Source: Anaerolineales bacterium
GTDB taxonomy: Bacteria > Chloroflexota > Anaerolineae > Anaerolineales > Villigracilaceae
NCBI GenBank assembly: GCA_030680155.1
Contig: JAUXWL010000153.1
Location: 1-32,000 of the forward strand
Reading direction: 5' to 3'
DNA length: 32,000 bases
Positions 14,420 to 22,501 of this stretch are shown in pieces; position 1 is the stretch's first letter, and each line of letters begins with the position of its first letter. The notes below the pieces were generated by a model. It was not told the DNA's origin. It made no database searches and worked only from the letters and a program-made list of their open reading frames with translations. The position numbers and the translations under genes were made by a program.

Positions 14420-15316
14420 ATGGATAAACCGATTGCATTGATCGTCGAAGATGACCGCGATATCCTGGCATTATTCCGCCATGTGTTGGATATTGCGGGA
14501 TATCAAACAGAGATTGTTATGAACGGCATGGACGCCATGGATCGGCTGCAGGAGATTAAACCCAACATTGTCCTGCTCGACCTGCAGTTGCCAGGACTCT
14601 CAGGGGTGGAAATTTTGAAACGCATGCGCGACGACACCCGCCTGAAAAGCGTCCCTGTGGTGGTGATCACTGCATACGCGCCGTATGCCGATGCCCTCCC
14701 TGTGGAGCCAGACTTGCTCCTGCTCAAACCTGTGGATATTCACCAACTGAGCAACCTTGTCCAGCGCCTGCAAGCCACCCAGGGAGCCATGAACGAGCCG
14801 ACCCATGATAAGGTCACAGGCTTATACACCAAATCCTTTTTCACAGTGCGCCTCGCCTTTTCATTGGAGCGCATCAAGCAAAGTCCGTTTCGGCGGTTTG
14901 GGGTGCTGTTCGCTGAATTAACCCCGCTGGCGGATGTCAAAAAGCAATTGGATGTGGAGGAGCAGAACGCCTTTTTCCGCAAACTGGCGGACCAGTTCCG
15001 TGTGACGCTTCGCCCCACCGACACGATTGCATGGTCGTCCTACGATGGGGTTTTCCTTACGCTGATAGAGGATATCCCCTCCCCGGAAGCGCCGCTCAAG
15101 ATCGTCGGGCGTGTGCGTGATGGGATGAAACGCTTTGTTGAAAATCATAACCAGGGATTGGGGCTGCGCGTGAATTTGGGTGTGCTGATCTGCGATGATG
15201 TCTATGACGGCATCCAACCCATCATGAAGGATGTGGAGCGTGCCCGCGCCCAATTGCAGGCCGGGTTATATACCAATCCCTCCATTTTTGATCGTGAGAT
15301 GCTCGCGCGGCATTAA
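14420..15316 (+). CDS. Response regulator with receiver domain and a degenerate GGDEF-like domain
   Basis: The receiver domain shows IALIVEDD, VLLDLQLPG and PVVVITA. The C-terminal domain shows DKVTGLYTKSFF but has SYDGVF in place of GGDEF/GGEEF. I place the start at MDKP (14420), which has a GAAGGGTAAAGG RBS region; the track ORF begins at 14252. Confidence 0.8.
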   Translation: MDKPIALIVEDDRDILALFRHVLDIAGYQTEIVMNGMDAMDRLQEIKPNIVLLDLQLPGLSGVEILKRMRDDTRLKSVPVVVITAYAPYADALPVEPDLLLLKPVDIHQLSNLVQRLQATQGAMNEPTHDKVTGLYTKSFFTVRLAFSLERIKQSPFRRFGVLFAELTPLADVKKQLDVEEQNAFFRKLADQFRVTLRPTDTIAWSSYDGVFLTLIEDIPSPEAPLKIVGRVRDGMKRFVENHNQGLGLRVNLGVLICDDVYDGIQPIMKDVERARAQLQAGLYTNPSIFDREMLARH

Positions 15317-15348
15317 TTGAAATAAATTTGTGACCGCGCTGGGTATGG

Positions 15349-16158
15349 TCATTCCCACTCCCGTAATTTCACCAGCACAGCCTCCAATACACCGCCCCCC
15401 ACTGCAAGCGCCTTATCCGAAACAAGGGAGCAGACACTGGCGTCGTTGTGCGGGTCAATATCGCCGATCTTCATGTCCTTGGTCACTTCCACGCGGGGGT
15501 GCATCAGTCCGCGCAACACGCCGTCGAACGGGCTGAGCACTGGCTTCTTGTGGACTACTGCGATCTTTTCCCCTTCCGTACAATATTCCCCGATTTTCTT
15601 GAGCGGATTTACAAACCCATTTGCGGGCGCGCGCAGAACACGGCGCGGGTCGCCTTCGGGCTGTCCGCTGTCGGCTTGGGCGCTGCCCTCCCAATAGACC
15701 CTGCCGAGGGTGTGACTGCGGCGGGTTTCTATCACAGCATGGCAATTCTCCCCTGCGGAGAAACCAGGTCCCAGTCCGATGTGAAGCGGGAGTTGAATCG
15801 GCAGCGATTCGGGTTTCGTCTTCATGAGTCGCGCGTCCACCAAAAAAGTGGATTGCGGACTCGTCAAAAATTGATTGCGGAGGACATCTGCATTCGGGTC
15901 AACCAGCACGGGAATTTCCCCCGCCTCCAACGTGACTTGTAACTGGTCTGCCGATACAAGCCTTGAGGTTACATCCTCAACGGTGTGCTCCCTCTCGTAC
16001 ACCGCCTCCGAAAAGCAGACGCTGCGCCGTACCGAGGTAGGGGACGCAAGTTCGAGGATGACAACGGGAAAGCCAACGTGATGCAGGCGAAGTGCCGCCC
16101 CGGTTGCGAGGTCGCCTCCGCCGCGGATGAAAATAAGGGGTGGGTTATTGATAGCCAT
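15349..16158 (-). CDS. yqeB: YqeB/EF2563-family selenium-dependent molybdenum hydroxylase system protein
   Basis: The N-terminus LIFIRGGGDLATGAALRLHHVGFPVVILELASPTSVRRSVCFSEAVY matches my recollection of the family signature. The length of about 270 aa is typical. Confidence 0.75.
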   Translation of the reverse strand: MAINNPPLIFIRGGGDLATGAALRLHHVGFPVVILELASPTSVRRSVCFSEAVYEREHTVEDVTSRLVSADQLQVTLEAGEIPVLVDPNADVLRNQFLTSPQSTFLVDARLMKTKPESLPIQLPLHIGLGPGFSAGENCHAVIETRRSHTLGRVYWEGSAQADSGQPEGDPRRVLRAPANGFVNPLKKIGEYCTEGEKIAVVHKKPVLSPFDGVLRGLMHPRVEVTKDMKIGDIDPHNDASVCSLVSDKALAVGGGVLEAVLVKLREWE

Positions 16159-16864
16159 TCGAGGCCTCGTTGATGCTGGTGTGGGTGTGGAGCATATGAC
16201 TGAACGAATAAAGCAAAAGGTAAACGAACAGGAAGAAGAAGGTGTAGAGCGCGGTGAAGGCCGCCAGGCGCATGGACGGGTCGATGACGAGTCCCAGAAT
16301 TTCCATGGCTGTTTCCGTTGGGCTTTGCAGGATATCCCATGAGTTCAGGCGCACGAAGCGCCCAATATAAATGCCAAAACTGCTCATCCCTGAAATGACG
16401 AAAACAAAGAACCAGCCCGAAACGCGCCCGAAGTTCCGCAGGACGATATCCTGCATGAGATAGAGTGAGATCACTCCCAGCAGCATCCCCGTCCACGAGC
16501 ACCAGACCACGATAATGACATCATACCAAAGAGGCGCGCCGACCCCGCCCGAACGTGCCAGGTCTTGCAAGTCTGTGAGCATATACGGAGCATTTGGGAA
16601 GAAGACCAGCCAAAGGATCGCAATGATCGGGATGGTGATGTACACCCAGATGCGCTTCCACGAAATGCTATAGGCAAAATAAGCGAGGATGAAGGGTATC
16701 CACGCGAGGAAGAGATTCCAGATCAGGCCTGTGTGGCGGATCGAATCGGTGTATGCCACCCGCGCCGCCACCAGCAAGATGCAGACGAGGCAGGCGATGT
16801 TCAGTAAAACGAAAACAGCGATGTTGTAGCGGTGACGGTTGATGAAATTCTTAATGGCGTTCAT
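16145..16864 (-). CDS. Polytopic membrane protein, DUF1361-like
   Basis: There are about six hydrophobic segments. The motif WNLFLAWIPF is as I recall for DUF1361. It overlaps both neighbours by a few nt, so it is part of the operon. Confidence 0.55.
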   Translation of the reverse strand: MNAIKNFINRHRYNIAVFVLLNIACLVCILLVAARVAYTDSIRHTGLIWNLFLAWIPFILAYFAYSISWKRIWVYITIPIIAILWLVFFPNAPYMLTDLQDLARSGGVGAPLWYDVIIVVWCSWTGMLLGVISLYLMQDIVLRNFGRVSGWFFVFVISGMSSFGIYIGRFVRLNSWDILQSPTETAMEILGLVIDPSMRLAAFTALYTFFFLFVYLLLYSFSHMLHTHTSINEASNGYQ

Positions 16865-17736
16865 CTTGATAAAAACTCCAGTACTATCGGGTTCACGACA
16901 TCGGGTTTTTCATAATGCGGAATGTGCCCGCAATTTGGGATGGCGTGAAATTCTGCGTGAGGCAGGGTTTGCAAAACGAGGGTGTGGTCTTCAAAAGGAG
17001 TGGTGGCGTCGTTCTCGCCCCAAAAGAGCAGGGTTGGTTTTTTCAGGCTGCCAATTTTTGCATACGTACCCATGAACGAATCCAGCATTCCGTTTCGCAT
17101 GGTCGAAAGGATCGCGCGCTTGAAACCCTGATACTGCATCTGGATCTTGTATTTCTCCTGAAACACTTCCACCAGATCCGGGTCGAATAGATCAGCCGCA
17201 ATACCCTTGACCATGCTCCCGCTTCCGAACAGACCGAGGAGCAGTTCGCCAAGAATGGGCATTTTCACCATCTTGAGCAGGGGCGGCAATTCCACACGCC
17301 GCGCGCCAGACGGGTCGATCAGCACATGCTTGCGGACGTAGCGCGGATATTTCTCGATGAAGGCGGCAGTCACGGGTCCGCCCATCGAAAGCCCGACCAG
17401 GTCCACTTTTTGCATGTCGAACGCATCCAGTAGTTCCTTGAGTTGTTTGACGAACAGGTGAATATCATAGCGCAGATTGGGCTTGTCTGAAAACCCGCGT
17501 CCGATCAGATCATATCGCAGAACCCGAAACCCTGAGTTTTCCAGAAACTTGAAGGTTGGGTCAAAGATGAATGAAGGTACGGAAAAACCATGCACCAATA
17601 CAACCGGGATGCCATCCTGTTGTCCGCTGAGTTGATAGTGAGTGACTCCGTCCGTCAGCGCAAGGAACGATCCGCCCGGCGATTTGCGGGTGAATTCGTT
17701 CAGTTCTTTGGTTTCATCAAAAAAGGGGAAGGACAT
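16861..17736 (-). CDS. Alpha/beta-fold hydrolase
   Basis: The oxyanion region is VVLVHGF and the nucleophile elbow is GLSMGG. The C-terminal motif CGHIPHYE holds the catalytic His. Confidence 0.85.
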   Translation of the reverse strand: MSFPFFDETKELNEFTRKSPGGSFLALTDGVTHYQLSGQQDGIPVVLVHGFSVPSFIFDPTFKFLENSGFRVLRYDLIGRGFSDKPNLRYDIHLFVKQLKELLDAFDMQKVDLVGLSMGGPVTAAFIEKYPRYVRKHVLIDPSGARRVELPPLLKMVKMPILGELLLGLFGSGSMVKGIAADLFDPDLVEVFQEKYKIQMQYQGFKRAILSTMRNGMLDSFMGTYAKIGSLKKPTLLFWGENDATTPFEDHTLVLQTLPHAEFHAIPNCGHIPHYEKPDVVNPIVLEFLSR

Positions 17737-17743
17737 TTACTTT

Positions 17744-17771
17744 TGCAGGGGCATGATATATCATGCCCCTG
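17744..17771. repeat. Perfect 28-nt palindrome between the hydrolase and Mo-subunit genes
   Basis: The sequence is GCAGGGGCATGATAT|ATCATGCCCCTGC. No U-tract follows on the transcribed (minus) strand. Confidence 0.6.
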
Positions 17772-17778
17772 CTACAGG

Positions 17779-19977
17779 TTAATTTATTTTTCCAAGCGCT
17801 CGCAGCACGCGCTCTGGCGTGAATGGGAATTCGTTGATCCATACCCCTGTCGCATCATGGATGGCAGCCGCGATGACGGGAGCCACCGGCAGGTACGGAA
17901 GTTCGCCTACGCCGCGCGCGCCCCACGGTCCATTCGGGTCTGGGACTTCGACCAGTACCGATTCCACTTTTTCAGGAATATCCCAAATCGTGGGAATCAG
18001 ATAGGTGCTCAACTGGTCGGTGAGAACTTTGCCGTCTTTGGTCTTGTACTCTTCCATCATGGCGTAACCAAACGCCTGTACAATTGCGCCTTCGATTTGT
18101 CCGACGACAAGTTCCGGGTTGATGGCTTTGCCAACATCATCCGCAGACGTGATGCGGATCACGCGCACATGTCCCGTCTCTGTATCCACTTCCACTTCGG
18201 CGGCTTGCGCCACATATGCATATTGGAAATTGGGCGTCGAGTAGCCCGTTTCCTTGTCCATGGGCGTGGTGCGCGGGGCAAGATACTGAAATTCGGCAAT
18301 GGCAGGGCGTTCTTCGGCGTTCCATTTTGCCAGCGCCAGTTCCGCCGCCCCCTTGACGGAGTTGCCAGCCATAAACGTCAGGCGCGAAGCGGAGGCAGAG
18401 CCTGGATTCCCCTGTGTCGCAGAGTCGGAGGAGCGTACCTCGATCATGTTCTCAGGGACACCCAATACCTGGGATGCCATCTGCACAATAACTGTGTGCA
18501 GTCCCTGACCCACTTCCGCGCCTGCCTGGTGGAGGATGATGCGCTCGATCCTGCCGTTTCCATGAATTTCCACTTTTGCCCAGCAGTTTTCCTGGTAGCC
18601 AAAAGAGAACCCCACATTCTTAAAGCCAGCCGCAAAGCCGCGTCCGCGTACAAGAGTTGCCGCGCTTTTCTTTTTACCGCTTTTTGTCTTCCGCTCTTTT
18701 TTCCATTCAAATTTATCTCGCGCCGCTTCGATGCATTGGACAACGCTCACGGGTCCCGGTGCGGGTGTCCCAACGCCGAGGGTGTCGCCATCACGTAACG
18801 CATTCTTTAAGCGCATCTCAACCGGGTCCATGCCCAGTTTTTCAGCAAGTTTATTGATCTGGCTTTCCGCCATGAAGAGGGCTTGCGGCGCGCCAAACCC
18901 ACGGAAGGCTGCGCCGGGCAGGTTGTTGGTGTACACGCCGTACACATCTGTTTTTACATTGGGGATGAAATACGGTCCCGTCGAGGTGATGGCGCTGTTG
19001 CCAAGCACTTTGTTGGAGGTGTACATGTACGCGCCGCCGTCGCCGATGATCTCGTTTTCCACAGCGACGATTTTGCCGTCCTTGGTTGCGCCCCATTTGG
19101 CGCGCAAGATAACCGCATGGCGTTTTCCATGTCCAATGATCGACTCGCGACGCGACCAAATAGTCTTCACGGGTCGTTTCAAATTCCATGCCGCCAGCAC
19201 GAGGACAATCTGTATCGAGAGGTCTTCGCGTCCGCCGAATGCGCCGCCGATGGCCGGGTAGATCACGCGGATCTGTTCCTCTTCCATGCCCATCGCGTGG
19301 GCAATGGTCTTGCGGTCTGCGTGTGTCCACTGACCTGCGCTGACGATGGCAATGCGCCCTTCTTCGTCGATGTACGCCAGTCCCGCTTCGGGCTGGAGAT
19401 AGGCATGTTCCTGCACTGGAGTATGGTACTCGCCTTCAACGATCACATCCGCATTTGCGAATCCATCCTCGATGTTCCCTTTGCGGATTTTGTAATGGAC
19501 GCAGATATTCGAGTCACCCCTGTCTGGATGTAGGATCGGCGCTCCGGGCTGCATGGCAGTGATCGGGTCGGTCAGAGGCGGAAGGTCTTCGTAGTCCACC
19601 TCGATCAATTTCAGCGCCGCATCCGCCTGGACCTCAGACTCTGCCACTACGACTGCGACCTGGTCGCCCACGAAACGGACGATGTCGGTATGCGGCTTGC
19701 TGGCGCCCGGACCGCACAGCACTGGCTGATCCGGGATTTGCAAGCCGTATTCGTTGACGGGGATGTCCTTCGCTGTGTACACTGCCGCAACGCCGGGCGC
19801 TGCCAGCGCTTTTTCGGTGCGAATATCTTTTACGCGCGCGTGAACTCTCTCGGCAAACAGTGTTTTCAAATACAACATACCGGGCATGGCAAGGTCGCCG
19901 GAGTAATTTGCTGCGCCCGTGACCTTGTCTCTCGCATCGATGCGCTTGTGTGATTTTCCGATGGAATGGTCAGTCAT
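17779..19977 (-). CDS. Xanthine dehydrogenase/aldehyde oxidase-family molybdopterin-binding large subunit
   Basis: It is 732 aa with the a/b-hammerhead and MoCo-binding regions. Motifs seen are GGAFGGRED, FRGFGAPQ and GELPYLPVAP. Confidence 0.9.
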   Translation of the reverse strand: MTDHSIGKSHKRIDARDKVTGAANYSGDLAMPGMLYLKTLFAERVHARVKDIRTEKALAAPGVAAVYTAKDIPVNEYGLQIPDQPVLCGPGASKPHTDIVRFVGDQVAVVVAESEVQADAALKLIEVDYEDLPPLTDPITAMQPGAPILHPDRGDSNICVHYKIRKGNIEDGFANADVIVEGEYHTPVQEHAYLQPEAGLAYIDEEGRIAIVSAGQWTHADRKTIAHAMGMEEEQIRVIYPAIGGAFGGREDLSIQIVLVLAAWNLKRPVKTIWSRRESIIGHGKRHAVILRAKWGATKDGKIVAVENEIIGDGGAYMYTSNKVLGNSAITSTGPYFIPNVKTDVYGVYTNNLPGAAFRGFGAPQALFMAESQINKLAEKLGMDPVEMRLKNALRDGDTLGVGTPAPGPVSVVQCIEAARDKFEWKKERKTKSGKKKSAATLVRGRGFAAGFKNVGFSFGYQENCWAKVEIHGNGRIERIILHQAGAEVGQGLHTVIVQMASQVLGVPENMIEVRSSDSATQGNPGSASASRLTFMAGNSVKGAAELALAKWNAEERPAIAEFQYLAPRTTPMDKETGYSTPNFQYAYVAQAAEVEVDTETGHVRVIRITSADDVGKAINPELVVGQIEGAIVQAFGYAMMEEYKTKDGKVLTDQLSTYLIPTIWDIPEKVESVLVEVPDPNGPWGARGVGELPYLPVAPVIAAAIHDATGVWINEFPFTPERVLRALGKIN

Positions 19978-19983
19978 GGTTTC

Positions 19984-20403
19984 CTATCGTTTGTATCGTT
20001 TTACTTTGATATTGGGGGCTGGCACATCGAGCGGGCCGTAGCGGGAGGGCCCAGTGATACGGTAAACGATGGCATAGGCAACGGAAGTAATGCCGCCCAG
20101 CATAATCATGTAAAACAGACCTGCGGCCAAATATCCGTAGAAATTTCTCACTGATGCGATCGGGCTGAGAAGCGCCATAATTCCACTGGATCTGTAAAAG
20201 AAATCAGGGAACTGCGGCGTGCCGAGTAATTGGTAGGGAATAGCCCAGTTGTTTTCGATGCCGTAGTTGATGGTCTCGTATCCGGCGGCGAAAGAGATAA
20301 CCGGAATGATAATCATCATCAGGCATCCGATACCGCGCCAGATGACATGGGGTCCATCTGATTTTGGAAGTTCTTTTTTTCGAACTCTAGAATATTTTCC
20401 CAT
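19984..20403 (-). CDS. Small 2-TM membrane protein embedded in the hydroxylase operon
   Basis: It has a basic N-terminus and two hydrophobic helices (GCLMMIIIPVISFAAGY and LAAGLFYMIMLGGITSVAYAIVY). The gaps to both flanking hydroxylase subunit genes are only 6-7 nt. Confidence 0.6.
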   Translation of the reverse strand: MGKYSRVRKKELPKSDGPHVIWRGIGCLMMIIIPVISFAAGYETINYGIENNWAIPYQLLGTPQFPDFFYRSSGIMALLSPIASVRNFYGYLAAGLFYMIMLGGITSVAYAIVYRITGPSRYGPLDVPAPNIKVKRYKR

Positions 20404-20410
20404 GTGGACC

Positions 20411-21820
20411 TCAGGTGGTTGATTTTGCGGCGTCTTCGATCGCTTTCACGATCTTGTAATAGCCGGTACAACGGCAGAGATTGCCGGTAATGGCTTGTTC
20501 GATCTCATTGCGGGTGGGGTTAGGCTGTTCTTCCAGCAGCTTTGCGCCAGACATCAGAAAACCGGGTGTGCAATATCCGCATTGGACAGCGCCATGTTCC
20601 ACGAAGGCTTCCTGTACTGGGTGAAGTTGTGCGCCGTTTGCCAATCCTTCCACCGTGGCGATGTCGGCGCCATGTGCGCGGGGGGCAGGCACCAGGCAGG
20701 ACATGACGGCTTGTCCGTCGAGGAAGACGGTACATGCGCCGCATTCGCCCTCGGCACAGCCTTCCTTCGTGCCAGTCAGCATACCTTCTTCACGGAGCAG
20801 ACGCAGGAGCGTCTTGCTGTGTCCGCTGGTGAAGGAGTATTTTTTACCGTTGATGGTTGTTTCAATCGGGGATTCGGGGAATGTTCCGGCTGTCTGCTGT
20901 CCATTACCTGCTGTCATTTCGTTCACCAGCAGGATCGGTTTCTTCGGCATGCCTGCTTCCTCGTTGCCGTCACGGATGGCGGTCAGTCCGCGTTGGGTGA
21001 CGACGCGCACCATCTCGCGGCGATAACTTGCCGAGCCGCGTACATCGTCAATCGGGGTGGCGGATTCCACAGCGAGTTCGGCGGCTTGGGCAATGTTCTC
21101 GTCCGTCAACTTTTTATTAGTGAGGAATGCTTCCGCTTTTTCAGCGTGAGTGATGATGGGGGTCACCGCTCCCAGTGTGATGGATGCCGATTTAACGGCA
21201 TCAGCTTCGAGATTAAGAATGACCGCCACGTTCACGAGCGAGATCGCCTGTACACGGCGCAACGCCAGTTTGATGAACGTCCCGCGCTGCGTGGTTGTCA
21301 TCGCAGGGAAGGAAATACTCACCAGCATTTCGTCCGCCTGCATCACGCTCTTGCGGACGCCCGTATAAAACTCTTTCAATGGGACGATGCGCTCGCCGCG
21401 TTTGGAAAGCAGTGTGACGCTTGCATCGAGCGCCATCAGCGGGGTGATGGTGTCGTTGGCAGGTGAGGCGGTGATGAGGTTGCCCGCGACCGTACCGCGA
21501 TTGCGGATCTGCGGCGCGCCCACTTCCCATGCGGCGCGCGCCAATGGATAGGCCCGTTTGCGGATGAGTTCGGACGCCGCGCAGTCGTTATGGGTGACCA
21601 GCGCGCCGAGGTGGATGACATCATCTTCGTCAATTATGATCTGATCAAGTTGGGGGATTCGTGTGACGTCGATGAGCGTGTCCAAATCCTTGCGGACGCC
21701 GCGTTCGAGTTCGAGAATGAGGTCTGTGCCACCCGCGACAACACGGGCGTGCTCCCGTTTTTCTGCAAGGATTTTTATGACTTCATCAGTGGATGTTGCG
21801 TTGATATATTTGTGCCACAT
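20411..21820 (-). CDS. Fused FAD-binding (CoxM/XdhB-like) and [2Fe-2S] (CoxS/XdhC-type ferredoxin) subunit of the molybdenum hydroxylase
   Basis: The N-terminal FAD_binding_5-like region shows VVAGGTDL and IRNRGTVAGNL. The C-terminal part shows CAEGECGACTV and CGYCTPG ... CRCTGY, the two cluster-binding motifs. Confidence 0.9.
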   Translation of the reverse strand: MWHKYINATSTDEVIKILAEKREHARVVAGGTDLILELERGVRKDLDTLIDVTRIPQLDQIIIDEDDVIHLGALVTHNDCAASELIRKRAYPLARAAWEVGAPQIRNRGTVAGNLITASPANDTITPLMALDASVTLLSKRGERIVPLKEFYTGVRKSVMQADEMLVSISFPAMTTTQRGTFIKLALRRVQAISLVNVAVILNLEADAVKSASITLGAVTPIITHAEKAEAFLTNKKLTDENIAQAAELAVESATPIDDVRGSASYRREMVRVVTQRGLTAIRDGNEEAGMPKKPILLVNEMTAGNGQQTAGTFPESPIETTINGKKYSFTSGHSKTLLRLLREEGMLTGTKEGCAEGECGACTVFLDGQAVMSCLVPAPRAHGADIATVEGLANGAQLHPVQEAFVEHGAVQCGYCTPGFLMSGAKLLEEQPNPTRNEIEQAITGNLCRCTGYYKIVKAIEDAAKSTT

Positions 21821-21830
21821 GTTAATATCC

Positions 21831-21858
21831 GTAGGGACACGGCATGCCGTGTCCCTAC
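21831..21858. repeat. Perfect palindromic hairpin (GTAGGGACACGGC AT GCCGTGTCCCTAC)
   Basis: Read directly. It lies between the stop of 21866-22387 and the start of the FAD/FeS gene. Confidence 0.6.
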
Positions 21859-21865
21859 CTGAAAA

Positions 21866-22387
21866 TTATTGACTTCCTGTTACCACCTCAGAGCGGCGTT
21901 CGAATGTTTCAACCGCGAGGCGGGCCAGAGTGGTGAGGTTTCGGATGGCGGCAGGCAAAGCCTCTTCATCGCCCATGCTGATTTCCACGTTGTGCAGCGC
22001 GCTGCCGACCTGGTCGCCAAGGTCAAAGAAAGCGGCGTCGAATTGATAGATCGCTTCGAGTTCCTTCTCGTTGATCTTCACGGCATCGAACAAGCCAGAG
22101 TAGCCGCGTGCGGCGGTGCTGATCTTGTCAATGAAGGTCCGCAGGGCGAGTGCGGCTTTTTCCATGTCGTCCACGTACTTGATCATGCCGCTGCTGACGA
22201 GTTCCACCTGCAATTCGGATGCGCGTTTCCAGTGTTCCTCGAAGCGGCGCGCCACGGTTTCGCGCAGGATCTTGTCTGCATCGCGGCGGTTCTGCCGCTC
22301 CACGTACCCGCTGAAGCCGGGGATGTACGATGCCAGCTTCTTGAACGGGTCCACCTGACTGCTTACTTTTTCAAAAAAGTCACTCAT
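21866..22387 (-). CDS. Hypothetical all-helical protein
   Basis: The 173-aa ORF has normal codon usage and charged helical character. I recognise no motif. Confidence 0.55.
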   Translation of the reverse strand: MSDFFEKVSSQVDPFKKLASYIPGFSGYVERQNRRDADKILRETVARRFEEHWKRASELQVELVSSGMIKYVDDMEKAALALRTFIDKISTAARGYSGLFDAVKINEKELEAIYQFDAAFFDLGDQVGSALHNVEISMGDEEALPAAIRNLTTLARLAVETFERRSEVVTGSQ

Positions 22388-22501
22388 TTGAGCCTCCTGC
22401 CGTAATGTACGAACATGTGATTAAATCGTTTCGCGGCATGGCAATTATATCGTTTAATCCCAGTTATAATCAAGTTATCATTAATTGCTTAGGAGCTTTG
22501 T

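Noticed and set aside
15969-16502. 177-aa minus-strand ORF overlapping yqeB and the DUF1361-like gene in another frame
   Set aside because: It is an out-of-frame overlap with two better-supported genes, and its translation is Arg/Pro/His-rich and non-protein-like.
17590-18798. 402-aa plus-strand ORF overlapping the hydrolase and Mo-subunit genes
   Set aside because: It is a shadow ORF with an Arg/Gly/Phe-rich nonsense-like translation and no motifs. The opposite strand encodes well-supported proteins.
20495-21466. 323-aa plus-strand ORF opposite the FAD/2Fe-2S gene
   Set aside because: It is a shadow ORF. The minus-strand frame contains the canonical 2Fe-2S and FAD-binding motifs.
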